Source of the DNA: Octopus vulgaris | Lineage: Eukaryota | Direction of reading: 5' to 3' | Length of the DNA: 64,000 bases | NCBI GenBank assembly: GCA_951406725.2 | Contig: OX597814.1 | Coordinates: forward strand, 12,276,001 to 12,340,000 | In this document: piece by piece, positions 52,195-64,000 of the stretch | Numbering within the stretch: the stretch's first letter is position 1 | How the letters are laid out: each line of letters opens with the position of its first letter | Translations under genes and position numbers: made by a program | Notes under the pieces: model-generated | Seen by the model: the letters and a program-made list of their open reading frames with translations, nothing else | What the model was told of the DNA's origin: nothing | Database searches by the model: none

Positions 52195-52664
52195 ATAAAA
52201 ACATATATTGTGTCTCACTAGACGGTATACTTTTTGTTGACCTTGCCATCACGGAACAGCATACTACATCCACCATGGGTCATCACATTTGCTTAAGGTA
52301 AAAATGAATTCCTCGCTCTTTCGGAAACATCAATCTTCTGTATTGACCGCTTTCCACCACTTTGATCTGTTTTTTGTATTGCATACGTATCGCCACCGTG
52401 GGCCACTGCATCGAACACTTTGAACATATACTTCAAACTATATATCAACTATACATGAACTATATATCAACTATACATGAACTCTAAGATGTCTGACTCC
52501 GTTGTGTATTATAAATGAATTTCTTGTGTTTGACGGCATGAGGTGTCTTTTTTTATATATAACTTTTTTTGATAAGGTTCATTTCAGGAACTGAAACATG
52601 TTATAATGTATATATAAACATTAAAAATTGTATAATACAGCAGCATTTTCGAACTTCATTTTTT

Positions 52665-52745
<81 letters not shown>

Positions 52746-52829
52746 CATGTAATGTATGTATATGTGTGTATTGGTATTCATTCCTTCTAAGGTGCTCTCC
52801 ACAGCCTGCAGGACTCACGATGTCATTCC

Positions 52830-52841
52830 TTTATCTATCTG

Positions 52842-52934
<93 letters not shown>
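52830..52934. repeat. (TATC)n microsatellite
   Basis: Direct reading. Confidence 0.97.
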
Positions 52935-53908
52935 ACACATGTATATAACATATAATATAATGATCATAACAAGTGATGAAAATGTTAAGTAGGGACGCAG
53001 GAAAATTGTGCTCTAAATTTCCGCATAAATTTTAGAGGGAGGTGATCAGAGACAACCCCACAATTTTTAGCCTACCACAAGTTCCTAAAGCTTATTTTCC
53101 TCTCTGATGATAATGATTTGCATAAAACAACCGAGAAGCAATGTTCTTGTCGGTTGATAAATACATAATAATGGAATAAGTCTTCATCAGCGATGAATCT
53201 GTTCATCTGGGCCATTAGCGTCTATGTCTGCGATGGCTATAATTATGTCCTGTGTCTCAGCCACAGTACTTGTTGCATCCAAGATAGATGTGGTGATGAT
53301 ACGTGGGTGATAGCGGCAATGGTATAAATGAAGCTTCTAATTTCTCAGTCGACTTTCTGTGGATTGTGAACCTTTTGTCTAATGAAAATTTACACAGGCA
53401 ATGGCCACGACAACCGCTTTTATTTCCTATATTTCGAAAGTTTAACTTTTAACAAAAAGTAATTAAGTTCTAACCACAAACCATATACCGGGTGGAGTCT
53501 GATATCCGATCTCTACTTCAATGCATTACTGGAATTGCGTTGGAGAGAAAAAGAAGAGGAGTAAGAGAGAAAATAAAGACACAGCAGAAAGATAAAAAAA
53601 TGAAACGAAGGGATAAAAATAACAAAGTAGTGAGATAAATACTGGGTGAGAGAGAGAGGTGTATATGAACATATTTGTGCACGTATGGGTATATACGTGT
53701 GTGTGTGTGTGTGTGCGTGTGTATGGGTGTACATGTTTGTGTTTCACGCGAATGTGAATGAGCATATGCATATAGGTACATGTACGTGTACGCATGTCTA
53801 TGTATGCACATGCACGCATACGCGAATTCTATGAGCGGTTTTTACTTTCTCCCCATCGGGTATTTTCCCTTTATTTAACGGTCATCTTCATAGCATTTTT
53901 GTTTGTCT

Positions 53909-53971
53909 TAATAACGGACGAGGTGCCGGAGCAGATTTCCGCCCCGACATCCGAAACTCGGAGTTTTATTA
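53909..53971 (+). ncRNA. Type I hammerhead motif, one core mismatch
   Basis: TAATAA-CGGACGA-GGTGCCGG...CCGACATCC-GAAA-CTCGGAG-TT-TTATTA. Confidence 0.6.
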
Positions 53972-54019
53972 TGGCAACCGAATAATTGTCACATATTATA
54001 TTACAGATATATATATATA

Positions 54020-54430
54020 GGCGTAGGAGTGGCTGTGTGGTAAGTAGCTTGCTTACGAACCACATGGTTCCGGATTCATTCCCACTGCGTGGCACCTTGG
54101 GCAAGTGTCTTCTACTATAGCCTCGGGCCGACCAAAGCCTTGTGAGTGGACTTGGTAGACGGAAACTGAAAGAAGCCCGTCGTATATATGTATATATATA
54201 TGTATGTGTATGTGTAATGGTTGTGTGTCTGTGTCCCCCCTCCCAACATCGCTTGACAATCGATGCTGGTGTGTTTACCCCCCCCCGTAACTTAGCGGTT
54301 CGGCAAAAGAGACCGATAGAATAAGTACTAGGCTTACAAAGAATAACTCCTGGGGTCGATTTGCTCGAGTAAAAGGTGGTGCTCTAGCATGGCTACAGTC
54401 AAATGACTGAAACAAGTAAAAGAATAAAGA

Positions 54431-54432
<2 letters not shown>
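54020..54432 (+). mobile_element. SINE family B, full length
   Basis: TGGCTGTGTGG A-box-like head, ACCTTGGGCAAGT CORE-like segment, tail GACTGAAACAAGTAAAAGA. Confidence 0.9.
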
Positions 54433-54477
<45 letters not shown>

Positions 54478-55239
54478 GATAGTGTATATGAGTGTGCGAG
54501 TGTGTGTGCTCTTCCATTACTTGACACCCAGAGTTAGAGGTATTCGTAACCTATTAGCTCGGCCAAAAGAGATCGGTAGAATAAGCACCAAGTTTTAAAA
54601 GTACAAGTACTGAGGACCTTTCGTTCGACTAAAATTCTTCAAGGAGGTTTGGTGCACCAGCATGGCCCAAACCTAATGACTGAAACAATTAAAAAGGTAA
54701 AAAAATAACACGCTTCTATCTAATGCTAAAATTCATTAACCATGGAAAATTTCAGGATTCCAAGGAGATTTGGGCCTCCCGTGGGAAAACTATTTTGTAC
54801 GTAGAGAAATCCTTATTCACATTAATTTTGCTTGATATATTTCCCTTAATGTTTATTTTAATGATACTGATATTAAAATATACGGTTGTTGATCTTTACA
54901 CAATAAACCTTACTATTCACCAGACTACTTATTTTCATACTGTATGCAAGCAAAAATCAGTATGGTGAACGAATAATGGTCTGGGAATATAATGAAAAAG
55001 CTACGAAACAATGATTTAGCGTCTCATTAATACTAATACATTAAGCATTACATATTTGTAGAACAAATGCTTGAGAAAGAACTTAATTTCAAGATAGTAG
55101 GTGCTTTAGTGGGTAACGTTTTAATTTCCGTTTAACTTTATGTAAAGGTGGATGAATGAGTTTGAAAGTTACATACGCACCATATTCTTCATATTTATGA
55201 AGAATGAAAGTGTTGAAACTAAAAAAAAGCGTGTCGTAT

Positions 55240-55345
<106 letters not shown>

Positions 55346-55369
55346 CTGTGTGTGTGTGTGTCTGTGTGT

Positions 55370-55600
55370 ATTTGTGTGTGTGTATGTTTTTGCCACCCCG
55401 CCATCGCTTCACAACCGATGCTGGTGTATTTATGTCCCTGTAGTCTAGCGGTTCGGCAAAAGAGACGATAAGTCAGTACTAGGCTTACAAAGAATAAGTC
55501 ATTGGGTCGATCTTTTCGACTAACATCCTTCAGAGTGGTGCTCCAACATGACCGCAGCCAAATGACTGAAATAAGGAAAAGAATAAAAGTATAAAGAATA
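55370..55600 (+). mobile_element. SINE family B, 3' half
   Basis: Homology to family B. Confidence 0.8.
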
Positions 55601-56331
55601 TATATGTATAAAATGAGGGTGTCTATTTACTCTGGCGATGTCTTTAATTGACTAACTATTAGATAAAATAAATGTGTAAGTATTTTGCAATAGGTAAATA
55701 CCCCATGGGCTAGACGATCTCGTGAATTATATATCTTTTCGTTATTACAGATAACCTTTTATATTACATCTACTGAATTAAATGTGAAACCCCACTCTTT
55801 AAGATAAGATTTTGAAGTGGTGGATTCGTAAGGGCATCAGGCGAAATGCCTTGTGTTCATTTTGACTTCTCTCTTTCTTGGGTTGAAATGCCACCGATGT
55901 CTACTCGCGTTTCATCTCTCTAAGGGACAACAAATAAAGCACTATTCTAGGACAGTGAACTGACGGTATAGTAATGGTGTAGTACGAGATGTCTTGCTAA
56001 GTTTGATTTGGATCTTTCCATTTGGAATTCAAATCATCTTCTGGCCTATTTCGGTGCTCGATTTAACACCCACTACCTGGTCCTTTGATGCTTTTACCGG
56101 AGTTCGCTATGTTACCAGCACTCACGAGAACTCTCGAGTTTGATGACGCTTTGTTTCCTTTCTCTCTTCAGATTCGGCTGGCCTGAAAAGTCTCGTGTAT
56201 TTTTTTCCTTTCCGTCATATTAACAGGTAACCCCACTAAAACAAAGCATACAAAAAAGTGTTGTAAAAACAAAAAAACATTTTATAGCAACACCTTACTG
56301 ATCATACAGTTCTATATTTAAGAGATGAGGA

Positions 56332-56492
56332 ATTATTTACATTATTTACATTATTTACATTCGACGGATATTTGTCCTCATCTTGTTTGTTGTTAACACA
56401 ACGTTTCGGCTGATATACCCTCCAGGGTTATGTTAACAACAAACGAGGACAAATATTCATCGAATGTAAATAATGTAAATAATGTAAATAAT
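56332..56492. repeat. Fold-back element with ~65-bp inverted arms containing (ATTATTTAC)x3
   Basis: 56332-56402 is inverted at 56427-56492; the spacer holds a half hammerhead (minus strand CAGCC-GAAA-CGTT). Confidence 0.85.
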
Positions 56493-57035
56493 GTACCTTT
56501 CCGATCAGTTGGTAAAACAAAATTGTGCTAAGTTTTTTTTTTTATAATTTATTAAGAAGTCAGTAATTCTGCCTTGATATAAAAATTATGAAAATTATAC
56601 ATTGAATATCGTATGTGTGGATAAATTCGTGCGTTGTAAGTAGAAAAGAAACCAGATGTTTCGGGACTGAGCCTTCATCTTAGAGAGTGAAATATTTTCC
56701 CTCTTCTCAGCCGAAGTAACTGCCCCAAAACTTCGGATTTATCTTCTCCCGGTTAAACAAACTAATCTAACTCACATACCAAAATTAAGCCTTCTGCCTC
56801 ACGTTACTCTTAAAGCAATAATTACTTGTAGAGTGCTATTTTTTTTTTACACATAAGCCTTGTTATCTTTCCGCACCTGAAAATATGAAAGAAATACGTT
56901 ACGATTAAGAGGTGAGAAGTGTTTCAGTTTGCCGACTTTTCTTCTATTAATGATTCAACAGAAACAAATCGTCGCCCTAATTAAATTTCTCAGGCATAAC
57001 ACATTAACACGTTTAGTATTGTTCCAACATATAAA

Positions 57036-57612
57036 GGCGGCGAGCTGGCAGAATCGTTAGCACGCCGGGTGAGGTACTTAGCGGTATTTCGTCTGCCGCT
57101 ACGTTGTGAGTTCAAATTCCGCCGAGGTCGACTTTGCCTTTCATCCTTTCGGGGTCGATAAATTAAGTACCAGTTAAGCACTGGGGTCGATATAATCGAC
57201 TTAATACCTATGTCTGTCCATGTTTGTCTCCTCTATGTTTAGCCCCTTGTGGGTAATAAAGAAATAGGTATTTCGTCTGCCGCTACGTTCTGAGTTCAAA
57301 TTCCGCCGAGGTCGACTTTGCCTTTCATCCTTTCGGGGTCGATAAATTAAGTACCAGTTACGCACTGGGGTCGATGTAATCGACTTAATATCTATGTCTG
57401 TCCTTGTTTGTCCCCTCTGTGTTTAGCCCCTTGTGGGTAATAAAGAAATAGGTATTTCGTCTGCCGCTACGTTCTGAGTTCAAATTCCGTCGAGGTCGAC
57501 TTTGCCTTTCATACTTTCGGGGTCGATTAAATAAGTAATATAATCGACTTAATCCCTGTCTGTCCTTGTTTGTCTCCTCTATGTTTAGCTCCATGTGGGC
57601 AATGAAGAAATA
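57036..57612 (+). mobile_element. SINE family A trimeric array with TSD TATTGTTCCAACA
   Basis: Junctions at 57261 and 57445; TSD at 57017-57029 and 57615-57627. Confidence 0.92.
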
Positions 57613-58204
57613 AATATTGTTCCAACACACATGACAATTATCAGCATGCTCTATATATTATAAACTTACTAGCATCTACATTTTAGAAGAACTATCGAGA
57701 GATGCTCTATGTTGTTATTTGATCTGTTAAAAGTCACAGCCAAACCTTACTTTTAGTCACACTCTAACATATAAGTCCCTGGAACCTTGATGCCAAAATG
57801 CGGTTAGAACGCATTTGATCCTAGATCTACGGAATTGGTGTTGACTTGGGGCTAAACGACAAGAATAATAACAATAACGAAAACAACAAAAGAAAAACAG
57901 CTGCAGTGACAGCAAACAACGAAATCTGTGCTAGATCCCAGCAGAAAAATATAAGGCTGGAGCGCAGTTAAAATTTAAGTGTCTCGGTCACGAAAACAAG
58001 GCCTTTGAAAAGATTCGCTTCGCTGAAATTTTGGTTGATTGATTTATATGCTGATTCTTCAGATACTTCCCTGGTACTTGATTGATCTCAGGGTTAAAAA
58101 AAAAAAAAATCAACTTTGCCGGCATTTGAGTCATAACATAATTAAGTACAGTATTGTAAGACATTTTGCCGGCTGCTGAACTGGTTCTACTCAGCACCGG
58201 TTAA

Positions 58205-58262
<58 letters not shown>

Positions 58263-58293
58263 CAACGTTAACATCATTACTACCACCACCACC

Positions 58294-58325
<32 letters not shown>

Positions 58326-58350
58326 CAACAACGACGACGACAACAGCAGC

Positions 58351-58381
<31 letters not shown>

Positions 58382-58397
58382 CCAACAACATCATCAT

Positions 58398-58458
<61 letters not shown>

Positions 58459-58499
58459 TATTATTATTATTATTATCATTATTATTAATATTATAATTA

Positions 58500-58558
<59 letters not shown>
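58205..58558. repeat. Compound triplet repeat (ATG)n-(ACC)n-(AAC)n-(AAT)n-(ATT)n
   Basis: Direct reading. Confidence 0.97.
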
Positions 58559-58560
<2 letters not shown>

Positions 58561-58750
58561 GGCAGCGAGCTGGCAAATGTTTAGCGGTATTTCGTCTGAC
58601 GCTACCCATTGAGTTGTTCAAATATCGACTTTACCTTTCATCCTTTCGGGGCTCGATAAGTTAAGTACCTGTGAAACGCTGGAGTCGATGTAATCGACTT
58701 ACCCCTCCCACCTTTAAAATTTCAGGCGTTGTGCCCTTACTAGAAAGGGT
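58561..58750 (+). mobile_element. SINE family A with the older tail type
   Basis: Head, core and tail GTGCCCTTACTAGAAAGG. Confidence 0.75.
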
Positions 58751-58754
58751 TTTA

Positions 58755-60390
58755 TCATTATTACTCATATACACAACTGCAAACAGTAGTGTTGAGATAT
58801 GGAAAAGAAAAATTCCTAACATCGGGCGACAACAAGTAACCTTAGATGTCAAGAGCCCTCCTAAGTATCATAGCTGCCCCTAATAACATTGTTTTCTGCA
58901 GCTGTACTAAACTGGGTCTTGTGCCTATTTCCTCTATCCATCAGGTCAGATCTGTAGGGATAGTTCCTAATGTGCCTATAACAACTGGGATATATTTTAC
59001 CCGCAGTTTCCATAGTCTACTACCAAATCAGGCCTTCCAGCTTCTATTACTCTGTCAGTCTGAATGTTAAAATCCTACAAGAATTTATATTTCTTAGTTT
59101 CTAGTACTAGATTCATACGATTTATCGGTATGTTCAAATCCTAGCTTTCTACATAGCTCCCAGTGGATTACTCTCCCTAGGATGTCATGTTTTTCCTGTA
59201 TTCTTTCTGTGCCAGCTTGCTACATTCACTTACTATATGAGTAACGCTTTCCTCTTTTGATTTGCATAACCTACATTGGGAACCTACTTAGTTTTTGTCT
59301 GTCTTGGCTTTTATCCAATAAGTCCTTAATGTTTGATCTTAAGCTGCTACTAACATACTTTTCAGCCTTCCTTTCTGCAATCATAACCATGTCTCACTAC
59401 TACTATTTGCTGCAACTGTCTTTGGGAGTCTATCATGCAAAGCCTTCTCCTGCCAGTCAGATAACTTCTGTTTTCTTTTATTTAACTTCGTTTCGTTGTT
59501 TGGTTTCGCTACGTTTTGCTGTGACTCTATCAGCTTTTAATAAGCTTTCTTCACTATTACCTACATAGAAGTCTATATCTACTCTAGTTAATTCCACGCA
59601 GTCTTCTACTGATATTAACGCTCTTCTGCCTTCCTTTCTAGGTAAGTATAATACTGCTACTTCTCCTCTTGGGTGGTGTCCACCATTCATATTTAATTCC
59701 TTCCTAGTTCTTCTGTGTAGCTTTGCTGTCTAGCTTTTCAGTTTTTGTCCAATCTACAAAAGCTGCCGAGTATGTAAGTAATGATACTTCCCAAGTATTT
59801 ACAGCCTTCACTAGATTCGAACCATTTACTTTGATTTCATTAGTTTCTTCACCTTCTGATGCACTCCTTCTCAATTTTCATTTTCATTTCTATAATTAGT
59901 ACTCTGTCAGATTCTGATACTCTTAGATAATGATAACTCTTCCCTTCTTTCAATGATGTCTGGCCATCTGGTATTTGGATGTCTTCACTGTTGACTACCT
60001 GTCCCCTTCTCATGGCTAATATTTCACACTTATCTATGCCTAATTCCATGCCTATATATTTACTGAAGACTCTTACAGTCTGTGGTAAGGAATCTACCTC
60101 TTTCATTCTTACTAAAATGCTTCATATTATCCATATAGAGCAATTGGTTAATTTTTCCCTTACTATTCCTGAACTGATACCCTGCCCTTGTCTTCCTTAA
60201 TACTAAACTGAGGGGGATCAAACATAAGGCAAATATTAAAGTGGACAACGAGTCCCCTTGGAAAATTCCCCTCTTGATACTAACTTTCCCCAAAACTGTG
60301 TCACCTGAGTAGAGATCTACTTTCCATTTCTTCATGCTAAAGCTAATTAATTCTCTTATGTTATCTGCTATAATGAATATACTCAAACAG
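58755..60390 (-). pseudogene. R4/Dong-clade LINE, RT to 3' end, decayed
   Basis: IKRGIFQGDSLSTLIF, LLYMDNMK, IGMELGIDKC, HHPRGEVAVLYLPRKEGRRALISVEDC. Confidence 0.9.
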
Positions 60391-60414
60391 TTACTTATCT
60401 ATTAATGTGGGATC

Positions 60415-60431
60415 TATTATCATCATCATCC

Positions 60432-60471
<40 letters not shown>

Positions 60472-60472
60472 T

Positions 60473-60553
<81 letters not shown>

Positions 60554-60571
60554 GTTATTATTATTATTATT
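60415..60571. repeat. Compound (CAT)n(CTT)n(ATT)n repeat
   Basis: Direct reading. Confidence 0.97.
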
Positions 60572-60574
60572 GAA

Positions 60575-60970
60575 GGCGGCGAGCTGGCAGAAACGTTAGC
60601 ACGCCGGGCGAAATGCGTAGCCGTATTTTGTCTGACGTTACGTTCTGAGTTCAAATTCCGCCGAGGTCGTCTTTGCCTTTCATCCTTTCGGGGTCGATAA
60701 ATTAAGAACCAGTTGCGCACTGGGGTAGATGTAATCGACTTAATCCCTTTGTCTGCCCTTGTTTGTCCTCTCTATGTTTAGCCCCTTGTGGGTAGTAAAG
60801 AAATAGGTATTTCGTCTATCTCTACGTTCTGAGTTCAAATTCCACCGAGGTCGACTTTGCCTTCCATCCTTTCGCGGTGGATAAATTAAGTACCAGTCAA
60901 GTATTGGGGTCGACGTAATCGACTATCCAACTCCCCACAAATTCCAGCCTTGTGCCTATAATAGAAAGGA
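60575..60970 (+). mobile_element. SINE family A dimer whose two units have different 3' tails
   Basis: Junction GAAATAGGTATTTC at 60800. Confidence 0.9.
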
Positions 60971-61779
60971 TTATTATTATCAATATTATTATTATTATTA
61001 TCATTATTATCATGTTTTTCATTTGCTATCAAGGCGGCGAATGAAAGGGACAAAACTAAGACAGCCATAAAGCGTAGAGAGTTACATAGAAACGAATTAT
61101 TTAAAAAATAGTACATGTGGTATACAGTATTAATTGGGTGATAATGATGTGACTCTCCCGATAAAGAGGGTTTCATGGACAAACAGGGATCCCCACAGGA
61201 TCCCCACCTGCTTACTAGGTGCACCATAGCAAATGTGTTTCTCTACCTCGTTAGTTCCACTCATATGAACATGCTTAGAGTACGTCCATTTACATGTGCC
61301 TTTCGCTCGCATTCTTATAGTTTAGTGGTTGGCAACACATCGTTCTCCAGTCTAACTGTCTTTTCTAAGCTGAACTCGAAAACGTTGGCGAGTGCTTGGC
61401 CAAAAAGAAAAGTGTTAGTCTTTTCAGTCATGTCAACAACACAATCTTTTTCACTATACCAGGGCCTCAACATTATATACAGCCGAAAATCAGCTCACAT
61501 CTTGAACCTACAGAACACACCCTATACACAAGCGTCTAATAACACAACTTATGCAACCTATACCATACCACATTACAACACCCACAAGATAACACAGCAC
61601 ACACTACACATACTATGCACAATAGAACAAACATATTGGATGCAATACATCAACAGGGGGGAGTCTATATTCTCCCAATATTCTCACGCAGAAAACACAG
61701 AATGCTTCTAGCTTCCCAGGAAGGCGGAGGCGTAGCAGGCTGTGGAGTGGAAATGCGCATAGAGCTACTGTTTTTTTTC

Positions 61780-61981
61780 ATCTGTTATCTTTTAATAGTT
61801 TCAGTTATTAGACTCTTTGGGTATTATCATGAAGGGTTTAGTCAAATAAATATAGTGAGTACGAGAATTTATTTTTAATGTCTCGTACTTCGATCTCCTT
61901 TTCAGAACTATTAAGTTGCGGGGACGTAAGCAAACTCCAAAACAGTTGTCCGACCGTGGGTGGGGAAGTGACGAAAACAGG

Positions 61982-61985
<4 letters not shown>
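61780..61985 (-). mobile_element. Old SINE family B 3' half
   Basis: Degenerate homology. Confidence 0.5.
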
Positions 61986-62035
<50 letters not shown>

Positions 62036-62373
62036 TGTGCAACTTTTCTTTTATTTCGAGTATTATAAGTTTAACAGACGTATTCATGCAGCAAAATACC
62101 AAAATATATGATTACTTTTAACAAATTTGAATGTGAAACAATTAGAGAATAAAATCTTTTCAACCTTCGTTAGTATTTGAAATCGTATATGTGTTTTGAA
62201 AGATATGACTTTTACATGTGGAATTTTAATTGCTACCCTGTTCCAGTATATGCACGCAATACATTGTGGATGAAGGAAGACAACTGAGAAACTAGAATGA
62301 GTTTAGAGCAGAAAGAGAGAAAGGAAGTTGGGTGTTTTTGTATCATACTCTACTACTCTTACTCTACTTCTTA

Positions 62374-62969
62374 GTTCTTTACTGCCCACAAGGGGCTACA
62401 CACAGAGGGGACAAACAAGGACAGACAAACGGATTAAGTCGATTATATCGACCCCATTGCGTAACTGGTACTTATTTAATCGACCCCGAAAGAATGAAAG
62501 GCAAAGTCGACCACGGTGGAGTTTGAAATCAGAACGTAGCGGCAAACGAAATACCTATTTCTTTACTACCCACAAGTGGCTAAACACAGAGAGGACAAAC
62601 AAGGACAGACAAACGGATTAAGTCGATTATATCGACCCCAGTGCGTAACTGGTACTTATTTAATCTACCCCGAAAGGATGAAAGGCAAAGTCGACCACGG
62701 CGGAGTTTGAACTCAGAATGTAGCAGCATACGAAATACCTATTTCTTTACTACCCACAAGGGGCTAAACAAAAAGGGGACAAACAAAAATAGACACACGG
62801 ATTAAGTCGATTATATCAACCCCAGTGCGTAACAGGTACTTAGTTAATCGACCCCGAAAGGATGAAAGGCAAAGTTGACATCGGTGAAATTTGAACACAG
62901 AACGTAGCACAGACGAAATACGCTAGGTACTTCGCTTGGCGTGCTAACGGTTCTGCCAGCTCGCCGCCT
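62374..62969 (-). mobile_element. SINE family A trimeric array
   Basis: Junctions at 62548 and 62732, 184-bp period. Confidence 0.92.
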
Positions 62970-63237
62970 ACTCTATATCTAATCCATTAAAAGTATTAGC
63001 CTTTCAACGTCACTTTTCATGAATTCTCTCTGTTTTAGACCAGAGAGAATTCGGATCAAGGTATTTGTCTTCATCGAATTATTCAGGAATAATGACGGAT
63101 TTATATGGAAACTTCAAAAAGATTAGTTGAGAAATGGCAAATATACATATGTATATACATAGATTCATACACACTCAAATACAAAAACATACCTATATAT
63201 CTACTCACTGGCACAAATATGTATACATACATATATG

Positions 63238-63303
<66 letters not shown>

Positions 63304-63390
63304 CTCTGTCTGACTGTCTGTCTATCTGTATGTCTGTCTGTCTGTCTGCCTGCCTGCCTGCTTGTCTGTCTGCCTGCTTGTCTGTCTGTT
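63238..63390. repeat. Compound (TATC)n(TGTC)n(TGCC)n microsatellite
   Basis: Direct reading. Confidence 0.95.
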
Positions 63391-63516
63391 TACCTATTTA
63401 TTGTTTTTATATTAATGTTTGTTTTTACGTTCAATTGTAATAAAAAAAATATTGCACTAATTTGATGGATTATTGTATAATTTTGTAGAATATAAAGTCA
63501 TTCTTCTGATGCAAAA

Positions 63517-63620
63517 ATGTTGTTCACTTTGACTTCAAAGTTTCGGCCAGTTGAACCATCGTTAGACAGCAGTCCGATGGCTTGGCTGGCAGAGACTTCG
63601 AAGTCACTGTTTAACAACAT
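63517..63620. other. Long imperfect hairpin, pre-miRNA-like
   Basis: 32-bp unbulged stem at 63530-63606 plus basal ATGTTGTT/AACAACAT. Confidence 0.5.
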
Positions 63621-63629
63621 TATATATAA

Positions 63630-63967
<338 letters not shown>

Positions 63968-64000
63968 AAGACAGAGAGGGGAAGGAATGTATAAAAAACA

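Noticed and set aside
52569-52606. TTGATAA-GGTTC...GAACT-GAAACATGTT hammerhead-like trace (similar trace at about 56655)
   Set aside because: Two core changes and no convincing stem I
58205-58612. Poly-M/P/T/I ORF
   Set aside because: Pure triplet-repeat translation
61175-61711. 178-aa ORF
   Set aside because: Appears to run across decayed LINE tail and CA-rich sequence; no domain recognised

Overview
AT-rich, repeat-dominated animal genomic DNA with no intact protein-coding gene that I can identify. Most listed ORFs are translations of microsatellites or SINEs. The repeat content (dense tRNA-headed SINEs of at least four families; long (TA)n, (CA)n, (TATC)n and triplet runs; decayed R4/Dong, RTE, Penelope-like, mariner/Tc1/maT and Helitron copies) suggests an octopus or other coleoid cephalopod, but that is an inference. 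Four signals go beyond routine repeats. (1) About ten hammerhead-ribozyme-like motifs sit in short Penelope-pLTR-like modules, many next to (TA)n tracts; two of them form a divergent pair with intact core nucleotides at 51.6-52.2 kb. (2) One SINE forms head-to-tail multimers that always rejoin through the same 14-nt self-complementary junction (GAAATAGGTATTTC), seen 7 times at 4 loci. (3) A pre-miRNA-like 32-bp hairpin lies at 63.5 kb. (4) A repeat-poor island at 47.5-50 kb has promoter-like motifs and possible microexons. All coordinates were read by eye and element edges are approximate.
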